A DNA stretch of 64,000 bases from Chiloscyllium plagiosum (taxonomy: Eukaryota): NCBI RefSeq assembly GCF_004010195.1, contig NC_057756.1, forward strand, positions 2,342,007 to 2,406,006, read 5' to 3'. This document shows, in pieces, positions 40,627-53,602 of this stretch (position 1 is its first letter; each line of letters opens with the position of its first letter). The notes under the pieces were generated by a model. It saw only the letters and a list, made by a program, of their open reading frames with translations. It made no database searches and was not told where the DNA came from. The position numbers and the translations under genes were made by a program.

Positions 40627-41165
40627 AGATGTGGGTCTCTGGGAGGAAGAACATAATGTCTGAAGGAGCTGCACAAAATGGCTTCTGCATTGCTAAATGA
40701 GATTATACAAAATAGTTCACTTTGTCATCTCTAAAGCTATATAAGTAACTAACCACTAGAACCACTCGCATGCAGACATAGACCAATAAGATGAGGAAAT
40801 GCTAGCCACACTCAGCAAGGTGCGAATCTTTGCAGAGATGACACAACCGTTATGACTTAACATGTTATAAATCAAAATCATTCGTTTAAGCAATGATCAA
40901 TGAAGTGATATCATGTATTAGTTGGCGATCGTCTTCATGTCTGACTATGAACAATGTATATACATCTTATTCAACTCTATTTAGATGATGGATTCCTTTG
41001 ATTTCCAAGGAGTGTTCATACTTCTGGGCGAATCACCTTCTACCAATCCAGCGCTATATCATCGAATAAATGATTACTTTTGTGATTGACAAAGAATCGT
41101 TTACAGGTGTCTTCACTAACCAATCACGGAACCAATAGATGCTTCCCCGAGGGCTCAGATCTTCA
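40627..41165 (+). repeat. ERV 3' LTR
   Basis: Follows ggggcaagga, homologous to the 5' LTR, ends cagatcttCA. Confidence 0.88.
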
Positions 41166-41599
41166 ACGGTTCATTTTCATTTTAAATACTGCTTTCGTAG
41201 CTTGACCTCTCAGATTTGCAGCCAATTAACTGCAGATCACAAACAAATATTTCACACATTCTATTTTAAATGGCCACAAATATAAGCCAGGAAGAATCGA
41301 ATCTCACAAGCAATGGAGAAAAGCATATTCTGATACCTATATTGGTGCCTGAAGTCTTTAATAATAAGCAGTCCAAATTAATGACGATACGTTGGCAGGT
41401 AATTTGAAATAGGCAGAAATGGAAATGCATTGGAACTGCCCTGGATGCTGCAGCAGATCATGTCTCCAACAAATGATGGAAAAATGTTGGGAAGTTGACT
41501 ACATTAGTAAATCTTTTGAAATTGCAGAAAAAATGTAAATCGATTACGAGAAAAAAATGGCATATTTTATCACGTTTTCATCGTATTGATCCGACCTTT

Positions 41600-42340
41600 C
41601 TTAGTGTTGAAAAGTGTGCCACTGGCAAAGCACAATAGGTCAGGTTGCATCCGAGGAGAAGGAGAGTCGAAATTATTTGCAAAACCCCTTAACCAGGAAT
41701 GTGGAGTGGGAAGAGGGCTGAGCGAGTCAGAGGAGATAGTCTTGGGACTGGGAGGAAAATGGCTGTGAAGACGATCGTTGAATGCAATTTGAGGGGTAAT
41801 TGTGATAGGTCATTGAGGAGGGTGAAGCATATAGTTGCTAAGGAATATGGACAGGTATGACGGGTCAAATGGACGGTGTCAAGTTGGAGGGTTGGATGTG
41901 AGATGAGTTGGGGAGGAGATACTACGAATCTAGTGATGTCGATGGTGATGCTCTGTGATCGAACGGTCCCAATGCGTTAGATAAAGTGTTGTTCCTCCAG
42001 TTTGCAGATGGATTTGATGTGGCTTTGGAGAATGCCCAGGACTTGCATGTCCTTGATGGAGTTAGAGGGGGAGTTGAAGTGCTCGGCTCCACATTGGTGG
42101 GGTTGTTATTGCATATGTCTGCATCCACCTGTTTCCTTCAAAGCCAACTTTCCCTAAGCCACTCCTCCATCCCCCAGCTTAATTCTGATCCCCTTGCACC
42201 GTCCACATTCCTGATGAAGGGTTATGATCTAATATTCGACTGTTCTGCTGCTCAGATGCTGACTGATCTGCTGTGCTTTTCCAGTGCCACACAACTTTTC
42301 TCTGACTTTCCAGCATCTGAAGTCATGACTTTCTCTGAGA
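41600..42340. mobile_element. Degenerate Penelope-like fragment, inverted
   Basis: pLTR-like sequence at both ends in opposite orientation; GIY-YIG tail-like sequence on the minus strand. Confidence 0.7.
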
Positions 42341-42699
42341 AGCTCCTTAGTGAATGGCTGTTCATATTTGAAGTGGGTAAATTATCTCTTTCCAGAATTC
42401 TTTTTATTAGATGTTATGAACAATGACCATGATTTGAAATTGGCAACTCCACATGCTCAGCCAGAACAGTTCCATTGCCTGAAATTAAGTGGATTGAACT
42501 ATTCCAGTATACTTTTCCAGGGTGCTGTTTCTGATGATGAGATGGTTTTACCATGTTTTTCTGAGAAAAAAAAATGTTGAATTGAATCAAATCATTCTCC
42601 TTTATTTTCCAAATGGTTTCAATGCTAATGATTCAAGGACAGATATATATCAGGCAAATGTGTTAAAATGATTTCCGAAATATTTGTTGTACCCTGCAG

Positions 42700-42720
42700 G
42701 TATGAAGAAATATAAGGAAG
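42700..42720 (+). CDS. 21-nt heptad micro-exon, type A ((G)MKKYKE), of a putative BG/butyrophilin-like gene
   Basis: tttgttgtaccctgcag|GTATGAAGAAATATAAGGAAG|gtgagg: canonical acceptor and donor, exactly 21 nt, open in phase 1. Confidence 0.8.
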
Positions 42721-42821
42721 GTGAGGGCTGGAATACAATCCAGCTGCTGTTATGTGGAAGTAAAATACATGGCGATCGAATGTCGTGATAATTTTCAATT
42801 ATGTTTTATTTCATGTTTCAG

Positions 42822-42842
42822 TTCATGCGAAAGAACAAGCAG
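42822..42842 (+). CDS. 21-nt heptad micro-exon, type B (VHAKEQA)
   Basis: ttttatttcatgtttcag|TTCATGCGAAAGAACAAGCAG|gtcagg: 21 nt, phase 1-1, similar to the other AK(E/H)QA exons. Confidence 0.78.
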
Positions 42843-42919
42843 GTCAGGAAAATTACATCTTCAACATTTTTCTGTGTGGACCAGACTCACAAAGAAGCAA
42901 TGTGGCTTCTGTATCAACG

Positions 42920-43620
42920 AACAGAGGGAAGGAGAGAGAGAGAGAGAAATGAGATCAAGAGACAGACAAAAACAAAGTAAACAGTAGTAACTGAGAAAGA
43001 CACAATGGGATACTGCCAGACACAGACAGACAGGAAGGCTACAAACAGACAGCGGGATACAGAAAACCAAGGAGAAACAGGGAAAGGTAAAAGGATGGAA
43101 AAAAAGTGAGAATCAGACGTCAGTCAGATAAAGACACAAAAAGAAAGAGATAGAGAGAAATGAAAGAGGGAAAGAGAGAGAGAGTATGCGAGTGCATGTG
43201 CGTGAGTGTGTACAAGTGAGACAGTGTGTGTTTGCGCATGTGCAAGCATGGCAAAGTGCATGTGTGATGGCGTATAAGCCTGTGAGATCCAGTAAGATAG
43301 CCAGACAGATACAGAGAGACAGGCAGAGTTTGAGACAGAGAGAGAGTAAGCCATTGAGACAGAGAGATAAGACTTTGGCAAGGTGAGTTCAAGACAGAGA
43401 TACAGACCGAAGACAGAGGCAAGGACTTTGTACGTGTGTGAGTGAGACAGAAACAGACAGCCAAATAAGCAGGCAAATATAGAAAAAAGGGAGAAGTCGA
43501 ATGAAGTGAGATTGAAAAGAAAAGATGAGACAGAAAGAGATGAACAACCAGAAGAGCAACAGATGAAGTCAGAGTTGGAGACAGAAACTGAAAGAAATGA
43601 AGAAGTTCTGAGATGATGAA
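42920..43620. repeat. GA/GACA-rich low-complexity tract
   Basis: Runs of gagaga, gacaga and gtgtg. Confidence 0.8.
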
Positions 43621-43899
43621 AGAATGTGGGATGTTTCTGTTGTTGTTCAGTCATTCTCGTTTATATCAATTCATAAGGAATGAATTCTGTTTTTAGGGAA
43701 TGGCCTTCTGCAATCCAAGCGAATTGAAAACATAGCTTCAGAGCTTCTAGGATTTGATTCCCGATTTATATCCTACTTTTTGGCTGATGAAGTCGTTATT
43801 AACTTGTGATCTGTCAGAAGTATCAGGTCGAAGTCTCTACTATTGTCCACTGGCAAAATGTTTCTCTGCACGTGTTTCAAAAGGATTGGTGGTGGGGAA

Positions 43900-46800
43900 T
43901 GGGGGGAGGTAAAGGAAGTGTGGGAATGACGATACGAATCAGATATGGCATCACAGCTGCAGAAAGGGATGTCGTCGACTAGAGTTTTTTTCTAATGGGT
44001 GGAAGTCAAAAACAGGAAAATAGCAGCCACATTATTAGGGGTTATGGGAGACATGGGGGAGTAGATTGGATGGCAGATTGCGTGGCAGACCTTAGAAAGG
44101 TGCAGGCGGAACTGCTATTGTCATAGATGATTCCGATTTCCCAATATAGATTGGAACCTCCTTTCTGCAAAAGGTTTAGATGATCCAGATTTTGTCAGGC
44201 TTGTCCAGTTAGGATTCCTGACTCTATATGTAGATAGGACAACTGTTTGCGAGGTCATACTTGACTCGGTGCCTTGCAAAGAAGTAGGTCAGGTGTGGAA
44301 TCTCTCAATGGGAGAACATTTCGTTGGTGGTGATCACAACTCCCTGACCTTTAGTGTTTTCATGGAGCAGAATACGAACATATTTTAGGGGAAAGCATTT
44401 AGTTGGGACAACTGACATTACACTGCAATTAGGCAGGAACTGAGGAGCATGAAATGGGAACAGACATTCTGAGCAAAATGCACACGACAGCAGTGCTGAG
44501 GTTTTTGGAGTGCAGTTGCTGCGAGCGCTGGGTACGTTTGTCCAAGGCAGGGAACAGACGGTAGGTTGAAGAAACGTTGGCTGAGTAGAGATGAGCAATA
44601 TCTAGTCAAGAGGGAGACACAAGTTTGCTAAACAAAATGACAACACGAGGATCATACAGGTCTCTGGTGGGTTCCAATGCAGCCAGGAAGAAACGAAAGA
44701 ATGAAAATAGTAGAGCGAGAATGGGGCATTAAAAGTCTTGGCGTGTAGGATTAAGCAAAACAGTAAGGTGTTCTACAGTTGTGTGAGGAGCACAAGGATG
44801 GCCAGAGTGAAGATAAGCCTGATGAGGAATAGTGGAGGGAGCCTGCGCTTGGAATCACTGGAAGTAGGAAAATTCTTTTATGTATATTTTGCTTCAGTAT
44901 TCATCCTTAAGTGTGTTTTTTGGTCTTTGTGAGGCCAGCATGGAACAGGCTTACATGCTCGTACATTTGAAGTTAAGTAGGAGGAGGTGCTGGAAATTTG
45001 AAAAACACGAGGATACGGAAGTCCCCTGCTAAGGCAGTATATATCCAAGATTATTACTACTAGAGAGAGAAGGGATTGCTGCGCCTTTGCTGAAGAGCGT
45101 TGCGTCTTCACAGGCCATTGGAGTAACATCAGAGGTTTGGGTTTTGGAACTGTTATTCCGTTGTTCAAGAAAGGAAATGGGGATAATCTTGGGAATTACA
45201 GAAAAGTCAGTCTTATGTCTGTAGTCAGGAAATTAGCGGAGATAAATCTGAGAAACAGCATTGATTATTACTTGGAAAATATTATTTGATTAGAGATGGT
45301 CAGCAGGTCATGCCTCTCAAGCCTTATCGAATTTTTGAAGATGTGACAAAAGACATTACTAAAGATGGAGCAGTGGGTGTGGAGTACATAGCATTTTCTC
45401 CTTATGACAATAATGATTAACTTGCATGAAGAAGTGGAAGAGTGGGTGAGTAAGTGTGCCGATGAAACGTAGCTTGCTGCAGTTGTGGGTAGGGAGGAGA
45501 ACTGTTGTAGTTTACAACAGAACATTGACAGGATGCAAAGCTCGGCTGACAAGGGGCAAATGAATTTTAGCCAGGAAAAGTGTGAAGTGATTCATTTAGT
45601 AAGGTTGAATTTGAATGCACATTACAGGGTTGAAGGCATGAATCTTGGTAGTGTAGAGGAACAGAAAGAGCCTTTGCTCCTTAGATCCTTCAAGTTGCCA
45701 CCCAATTTGATAGGTTTGTGAAGAAGGTAAATAGTTTCTTGACTTTCATTTACAGTGGATAGCGCTTTAAAGCCCTGGTTACACTATTCTTGGCATATTC
45801 TGTTCAGTTCTGATCACCTCATTATAAAAAGGATGTGGAAGCTTTCGATAAGATGCAGTGTAATGTTTCCAGTGTGCTGCCTGGTCTGGAGGGCTTGTCT
45901 TATGAAGAAACGTTGGGGGCCCTAGGCGCTTTCTCAATGAAGCGACTAAGGAGTTCATGTAATGTGATAGGAGAAATTGAGGTCTGCAGATGCTGGAGAT
46001 CAGAGCTGAGAATGTGTTGCTGAAAAAGCGCAGCAGGTCAGGCAGCATCCAGGGAACAGGAGAATCGACGTTTCGGGCATAAGCCCTTCTTCAGGAATGA
46101 GGAAAGTTTGTCCAGCAGGCTAAGATAAAAGGTAGGGAGGAGGGACTTGGGCAAGGGGCGTCGGAAATGTGATAGGTGGAAAGAGGTCAGGTGAGGGTGA
46201 TAGGTCAGACGGGTGGTGGCGGCGAGGTCTGTAAGAAGGTTGCAGGTTAGGAAGGCGGTGCTGAGTTCAATGGATTTGACTGAGACAAGGTGGGGGAGGG
46301 GAAATGAGGAAACTGGTGAAATGCGAGTTCATCCCTTGTGGTTGGAGGGTTCNNNNNNNNNNNNNNNNNNNNNNNNNNNNNNNNNNNNNNNNNNNNNNNN
46401 NNNNNNNNNNNNNNNNNNNNNNNNNNNNNNNNNNNNNNNNNNNNNNNNNNNNNNNNNNNNNNNNNNNNNNNNNNNNNNNNNNNNNNNNNNNNNNNNNNNN
46501 NNNNNNNNNNNNNNNNNNNNNNNNNNNNNNNNNNNNNNNNNNNNNNNNNNNNNNNNNNNNNNNNNNNNNNNNNNNNNNNNNNNNNNNNNNNNNNNNNNNN
46601 NNNNNNNNNNNNNNNNNNNNNNNNNNNNNNNNNNNNNNNNNNNNNNNNNNNNNNNNNNNNNNNNNNNNNNNNNNNNNNNNNNNNNNNNNNNNNNNNNNNN
46701 NNNNNNNNNNNNNNNNNNNNNNNNNNNNNNNNNNNNNNNNNNNNNNNNNNNNNNNNNNNNNNNNNNNNNNNNNNNNNNNNNNNNNNNNNNNNNNNNNNNN

Positions 46801-48310
46801 NNNNNNNNNNNNNNNNNNNNNNNNNNNNNNNNNNNNNNNNNNNNNNNNNNNNNNNNNNNNNNNNNNNNNNNNNNNNNNNNNNNNNNNNNNNNNNNNNNNN
46901 NNNNNNNNNNNNNNNNNNNNNNNNNNNNNNNNNNNNNNNNNNNNNNNNNNNNNNNNNNNNNNNNNNNNNNNNNNNNNNNNNNNNNNNNNNNNNNNNNNNN
47001 NNNNNNNNNNNNNNNNNNNNNNNNNNNNNNNNNNNNNNNNNNNNNNNNNNNNNNNNNNNNNNNNNNNNNNNNNNNNNNNNNNNNNNNNNNATGGACTGTT
47101 CCACTTATCCTACGAAGAGGCAGGCATAGCTGGAGCCCATGCGGGTGCCTAAGGCTTCTCCTTTGGTTTGGAGGAAGTGGGAGGATTGGAAAGAGAAGTT
47201 GTTCAGGGTGAGGGCCAGTTCAGTCAGTCGAAGGAGGGTGTCAGTGGAAGGGTACTGGTTGGTACGGCGGGAAAGGAAGAAGCGGAGGGCTTTGAGTCCT
47301 TCGTGATGGGGGATGGAGGTGTACAGGGACTGGATGTCCATGGTGAAGATAAGGCGTTGGGGACCGGGGAAGCGAAAATCATGGCGCAGGTGGAGGGCAT
47401 GGGTGGTGTCCCGAACGTAGGTGGGGAGTTCTTGGACTAAGGGGGACAGGACGGTGTCAAGGTATGCGGAGATGAGTTCGGTGGGGCAGGAGCAGGCGGA
47501 GACAATGGGTCGGCCGGGGCAGTCAGGTTTGTGGATTTTGGGCAGGAGGTAGAAGCAGGTGGTGCGGGGTAATGGGACTATGAGGTTGGAGGCGGTGGAT
47601 GGGAGATCCCCCGAGGTGATGAGGTTATGGATGGTCTGGGAGATAATGGTTTGGTGGTGGGGGGTGGGGTCATGGTCAAGGGGGCAGTAGGAGGAGGTAT
47701 CTGCGAGCTGGCGTTTGGCCTCAGCGGTGTAAAGGTCGGTGCGCCAAATTACTTCCGCGCCTCCCTTGTCTGCTGGTTTGATAGTGAGGTTGGGGTTGCA
47801 ACGGAGGGAGTGGAGGGCTGCGCGTTCCACGGGTGAGAGGTTGGAGTGGGTGAGAGGGGTGGGGGAGTTCAGGTGGCGGTTCATATCGCGGCGGCAGTTG
47901 GCTATGAAGAGGTCGAGGGCAGGTAGGAGGCCAGCACGGGGTGTGTAATGTGATAGGTGTGCACAAGACAATGAAAGACATAAACAGGGTGGATGGACAG
48001 AGATTTTTGTTTAACTGCAGATTGGAATACCTATCAGTCTGAGGCAAACTTTCAAGGTAATTCGAGGCATGTTTAGGGGAGATGTTAGAGCTAGGATTTT
48101 TACACAGTGAGTGATGGGTGCTTGGCATGCATTATTAACAGTGATAGTAGTGTCGTATAGATTAGGAACCTCTAAGTCACTCTTGGATAGGGAAGTGAAT
48201 TAAAGTGAAGTGAACGGATCGTCGGTTAGTTCTATCTTGAAACAGGATGGAAGATTGACACAACATCAACGGCTGAAGATCTGGTCTATGTTTTACTATT
48301 CTATGTTCTG
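43900..48310 (+). mobile_element. Decayed CR1 ORF2, interrupted by a Penelope insertion
   Basis: APE and RT motifs at 44000-45950, continuing at 47958-48310 with a ttctatgttct tail. Confidence 0.8.
45972..47943 (-). mobile_element. Penelope-like (Neptune-type) element with an RT fragment; spans a gap
   Basis: Minus ORF 47105-47971 (IKPADKGG, FYLLPKIHK..PGRPIVS, FTMDIQSLYTSIPH, FLQTKG..GT). 14-bp TSD tgtaatgtgatagg (45958-45971, 47944-47957). Confidence 0.93.
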
Positions 48311-48959
48311 TGATTTCCCCATGTTCCTTTGCAATTGTTCGCACTATACAAAGCTCGTGAGTTTGCAGAACACTCCCTTAACTGTGATTATTTAATTATT
48401 TTTCGATAAAACCGTCATTCAAATTTCTGGACCTAATTGTATTATGATTATGTAGCTTGCAAATCTTCACCTTGTAATCTGAGGTTTAATCCTATTGTTG
48501 CCTTTATGCGATACAATGCCAGAAATTAGCTCACGCTACGCCTTTCACTCATCTGTTCTTTGCCACATGGTTTGACCTCTTTTAGAAAAAAATCACACAC
48601 AATTGTCGTCAGAATCATTCAATTGATCGGATGCTGCACAAGGTCAATTTCTTTGTCATACTTTCACCAGTAATAGACATATCGTGGAATTTCAATTCAA
48701 AGCTTCTGCTTAGTTTCGAGCTCTAAAAGCCCATATTTTATAAGTCTTCTTGTGTTATTCATCTCATACGTTTTATCACTCTGTGCACTTCCTTTGAACT
48801 CTCTCATAATTCCTGAAATAAAAATGTCCACAAATCAACGTTGTCTGATAAATTATTTTGGACATATGCACCACTTACTTGCTTGATGTTCCACGCCTCT
48901 ATTTACAAATTCGATTATTCAAAACGCTTTCTTACCAAAGGTTTCAACATACCTGGCCA

Positions 48960-50320
48960 CCAGTAGAGAATCATGTAAGTGACTGAACTCCTGGAATCGG
49001 GAAAATGCTGGAGGCGATCATTTAAAACCAAATTGAGCCATCTGGACGTGAATAGATTCAGGAAGAGAAGGTCGTGTTTGACAAACTTTCTGGAACTCTT
49101 TGAGCATTTGAAGCGCGGCGATGGCGTGGAACAGGTGTATGTTTTATATCTGGATTTGCAGAACGAATTCGATAAGGTGCCACGTAAAAAAGAATCATCC
49201 GTAAAAATGAACACATGAAGTTGCAGGGAATGTATTAACATGGTTAGAAGACTGGTGAACCAATAGAAATCAGAAAGAATGATTAAAAGGGTATTTTTTG
49301 CCTGTTTGGAGATCAGTGGTGAGGGGATGCTGCATGGTTTGGTCCCGCTGGACATGATATACATAAATCGTTTGGAAGAGGAGACGGAGTATAACGTCTA
49401 CAAGTTTGCTGATGACACTGAATTAAGTGCAAAGATAAACTGTGAAGCGCATGCCGACTGTCTGCAAAGATAATCTAATAGGTTAAGTGATTAGTTATGA
49501 AGATGAAGTACAACGTTGGTAATTGCGAGGTGATCTACTTTCGAAATAAAAGTTGTAGATCAGAGAATTATATAAATGCTGAAAGACTGCAGCATGTTTT
49601 TCTGAGGAGGGACTTACGAATGCATTTACATGAATCACTAAAAGTTGATTTGCAGGAGCAACAGGTAAACAGGAACACAACCGGATTATTGGCCTTCATT
49701 CTAAGGGGATTGAATTTATGGCAGGATGGTTCTGCTGAAATTGTACAAGGTGTTGTTTAGGCTTTTCAGTATGGTGAAAAGTTCTGGTCTCCGGACTGGA
49801 GGAAGTATATACTGGCTTTGGAAGTGGTGCAGAGGAGGTTCACCAGTCTGATTCCGAGATGAGGGGTTTATCCTATGAGGAGAATTTGAGCTGCCTGCGA
49901 GTTCCATTCAAGAATGAATGGAGATCTTTTCAAGTATAAAACCTTATGAAAAGGATATGTAAGAAAAAGGCAGACACGTTTTATTACTCCTGCTGGATTG
50001 TATAACTAGGAGAGGAGATATGGCCTTAAGGTTAGATGAAATACGTTGAGGACAGATATGAGGAAAAAAAAAACTTTTTTTCCCAGAAGGGAGTGAATGC
50101 ATAGAATTCGCTGCCCAAGGAGGCAGTAGAGACAGCTCCATTAAACATATTCACGACACCGTAGAATGGGTTTTTGCATGTCAGAGGATTTAAGAGTTAG
50201 AGGATAAGCCACGTGTTGGGAAATTAGAAGTTGTATAGATCAGCCATGACCTTAATGAATAGCGGAGAAGGCTTGAAGAGCTAAAAGTTCTAGTCCTGCT
50301 TCAACTGCGATGTAACTATG
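48960..50320 (+). mobile_element. Decayed CR1 (RT to 3' end)
   Basis: RSCLTNFLELFE..LYLDLQNEFDKVP and YKFADDTEL. Confidence 0.85.
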
Positions 50321-50855
50321 ATTCTTCCAAGGGCTTTCTGCCCATTTACTCCAGTAAACATTGCATTGTCTTACCATGCATTTTTTTCTAACAAATTTCG
50401 CTGAATTAAAGTTCATCTGCCAGGTTCGTTCCCATTTAGCCAAATTATCAATGCTCATCTTACAGATCGTACTTTCTTTCTGCAATAAGTGTCTCTCTAA
50501 TGTATTACAACATCAGTTGTGCCATAATTAAGGACCACTTTTCCATGTTAACACTTCATAAGGGTAATAATGCACTGCAAATTATGTGGACTAATTTCCA
50601 TTACTCACATGTTGAGTACTAATCTTATTCTCTGTCAACAATACCGTTTCAGGTTCTTCGAATATATGATCAATTTCGCTCAAAGTCATTGATCTATTTC
50701 GTTCCTTCTTCCTCTTCTGTCTAAAATTATGTTCTCTGTTCTTGTTGTTTTGCTTTTTATTACACGGATTATAGTGCACACGTGTTTAGGTGTCTCATGT
50801 ATCTTAAATTAGTTGGTTGCAATTTTCCGAAAGCTAATCCTAATTTTGCTTCAAG

Positions 50856-50876
50856 CAAATCGTAAATTAATTGCAG
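50856..50876 (+). CDS. Candidate 21-nt type A micro-exon (ANRKLIA)
   Basis: taattttgcttcaag|CAAATCGTAAATTAATTGCAG|gtgcag: weaker splice sites. A decayed B-like copy lies 430 nt downstream. Confidence 0.4.
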
Positions 50877-51306
50877 GTGCAGGTTTGAGGTTACTCCCTT
50901 CTTCAAAAAAAAAACAATTAGCTGCTTGTGTTTTATCTTTTCTGTCAATCATGGTATGTCAACAACATTTACAGTCGACATTTGGCTCTGAAGCTGATGA
51001 TTGGAACCACCGTTGAAACGTGTTAAACACTCTACATTGTTCACCCAACAGAGTCTTGTTGATCTCTCAGCATCCGAGTTCCTTCAATGACTCCCTCGCT
51101 AAACGTACATTCCAAAATAGTTGTTTTATTAAAAGTATTCCTAAAGATTACAAGGTAGCTCTTACACTTCAAAAGAATAGTGTTTTAATTATATTTTGTT
51201 TTGGATTTTTTGTCTCAAATATGTAAGCCAATCTACGTTTTGGCTTTAGTCCTTTCTTCCCCTAAAGGGTGCACTTCCTCTGCCATACATAAAATGATTA
51301 TATTTG

Positions 51307-51327
51307 AATTGACAAAGCATAAGCCTA
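51307..51327 (+). pseudogene. Decayed type B micro-exon (ELTKHKP) with splice sites lost
   Basis: aattgacaaagcataagcctaagtacat aligns with the 16648 exon plus its intron start (aattggcaaaagaacaagctggcaagtacat). No AG acceptor and no donor at position 22. Confidence 0.4.
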
Positions 51328-51769
51328 AGTACATCATTCTGATATTAGTAAACTATGTACTCAATTTTTATTTCAATTGATTGAATCCAATCCATACATT
51401 TAATGACTTGCAAGTTAATATTTAATTACCTTTGTGAAATTTAATTTGTTTAAAAATAATGTGCAATATTGAATTGTTTCCAGTTCTGGTTTCATAATTC
51501 TTTGTAGTTCTGGATGAATTTAACTTTGTTTTTAATGAGAATATCAGATGTTGCGATTGCATGCTTTTCATAAAAGTTCATTGTCAAAAAAAAGAGAACG
51601 CCTTAACGTCAGTAACTACAGTTACTTCAGAAAATAGTGCGAAGTAGAGATTATATGTCGATTTATTTTCGTTGTGTTTTTCCTGTTGTGAAACGGTTTT
51701 GAACTATGATTCTGTGTTCCTTTCTGAGAAAACAAACAAAGAGATGGCCTTGTCACTTGTCAACGATAT

Positions 51770-51950
51770 GCAGCTGACTCACCAATGTCCTTGATGGACG
51801 GAAATTGCTGTCATTATCAAACCTGGCCTACATGCGACTCCAGTTAGACAGCAATATTATTGGCTCTTCACTCACCTCCAGGCAGGTAGGGATAATCAAT
51901 AAATGCTGGCAAGTCAGTGACGCCCTCATCCCGTGATTGAATACAAAAAA
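51770..51950 (+). mobile_element. DeuSINE (SacSINE/AmnSINE-like) fragment
   Basis: Deu-domain-like ctcaccaatgtcctt..ggaaattgctgtc..tggcctacatgcgactccag and tail aataaatgctggc..gacgccctcatccc..aaaaaa. Confidence 0.6.
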
Positions 51951-51989
51951 TAGAAAAAAGGGATTCTATTTTTCTATGATTACACATAG

Positions 51990-52013
51990 AATTCCGAAAA
52001 CAAACTTCAAAAG
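51990..52013 (+). CDS. Candidate 24-nt phase-1 micro-exon (EFRKQTSK)
   Basis: tttttctatgattacacatag|AATTCCGAAAACAAACTTCAAAAG|gtaacg: in frame, but not 21 nt. Confidence 0.3.
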
Positions 52014-52344
52014 GTAACGTCTTTAAACATTTTTTTTGTTTCCAGGAAGTCGATCTTTTTTGTTGTGATACTGCATATTGCTAACATTAACCCGCAATTT
52101 CATGAGATCATTTCTTTCTATCTCGCTCTTCTGATACTCCACTGCCAATGTGGGTCGTCCCAAATAAGAATAGCCGATTCACTGTTTAAATGGCAAATTT
52201 ATAATCTTAATTTTAATTCCCTATGTCATTTTAATTCTAACCTTTATGATTCTTTATCCATTTTAGAGCTATGACAAAAGACAGTTTTTTCTGAATTTGA
52301 CTCGCTTTAGTTCAAGAACAGTTGGCTTTCATATCATGGAGGGC

Positions 52345-53430
52345 GGAACTGAGGAGTGCAGACGTTGGCCATCGTAGTCAAACAAATGTGGTGCTTTTAA
52401 AGCACAACACGTCAGGCAGCATTCAAGAACCACGAGAATCGAAGTTTCAGGTGTAAGCTCTTCTTCAAGAATGTGAGTAATTAATGTGGCTGAGAGAAAA
52501 AGGATGCTGAACGTGGAGCTGGGGAAGAGGCACCTGGAAAGGCGTTAGAATGATTCGGATGGTGGGGGCGGGGGATGGCAATAGATCAGAGTAGACAATG
52601 GAGCGAATATGTGGGAAGGAAGATGAGGAGTGAGGACATTTAAAGATGGCAGTTCTACATTGGATGGTCGGATCTGCATGAGATGGTAGAGGGGAGAAGC
52701 AAAATTGTGAAATCGACAGTGATATCGAGTGGTTTGAGAGTCACAAGATAGAAGATGAGGCCTTCTTCCCCCAAATGATTCGTGACTTAAAGTTGGCGTG
52801 AAGGAAGCCCAGGACATGCATTTCTTGGCGGATTGGTCGGAGCTGTTGATGTAATCAGTCACAGTGTGTTGAAGTTGTTTCGTGCATGTGTCCCAGAGAT
52901 ATTCCCTGAAATGGTCGGTCAGTTGGCGGCCTGTCTCGCCAGTGGAGTGGAGACCAAATCTAGAGCAACTGACACAGTAGATGGCGTCTCTGCATGTGCG
53001 GCAAAACCTCTTATGGATGTGAAAGCATCCTTTGTTGCTTGGATGGAGCTGAGGCGGGAGGTATGTGTGCAGGTTTTACACCTCGTGTTTTATCAAGGCA
53101 GAAGTTGAAGCATTGTTTCTCCTGGCATCCGGTGGCTTGGATTTGGCAGTGGACAAGGCCTTGTCCTACATTCCCCCTTCCTTCAAAACTATCCACTCTA
53201 CATTCTCCTCTGAACTATCACCATCATGGCCCACCTGCATCTATTTAACTTTTTTTCCCAGCTACTTTCCAGCAAATCCCACATTCCCCGTCCTATTTAA
53301 TTTCAGTCTCCTTTCCTCCCCTAAATTTCCAGTGAAGTGCTTCTGCCAAAAAAGTCAATTCTCCTGCTGCACCGATGCTGCCTGAACAGTTTTGATTTCA
53401 TATCGCCACATTTTTCGACTCTTTCATAGC
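52345..53430. mobile_element. Degenerate Penelope-like fragment, inverted
   Basis: pLTR-like ends in opposite orientation; GIY-YIG-like sequence on the minus strand. Confidence 0.65.
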
Positions 53431-53602
53431 ATGGTACCAAATCCAAATTATCCAGACTTCCTGGCTAGCTACAACAAGTCATGGGTTAATTTGCAAATCT
53501 GCTAATTTAAAATCTCCTTTTCAGAGATCTAATTTTGAACTTAATTAACACAATCTTCAATTAGGAATAAGTTCTCTTTCTAACAGGGTGAAGAAACTAC
53601 CA

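Larger units (their letters stand above)
29160..41165 (+). mobile_element. Decayed class I (gamma/epsilon-like) endogenous retrovirus
   Basis: Paired LTRs, PBS, purine-rich tract before the 3' LTR, RNase H end (GNHLAIAAAKAA), integrase and env TM motifs. Flanks GCGG/ACGG fit an imperfect 4-bp TSD. Confidence 0.9.

Noticed and set aside
46213..47211. Long ORFs in the track
   Set aside because: Artefacts of translating through an N gap.
52046..52150. Hydrophobic ORF piece (FYLALLILHC) vaguely like the 2626-2772 candidate
   Set aside because: T-rich DNA gives hydrophobic translations by default; phase and donor are unconvincing.
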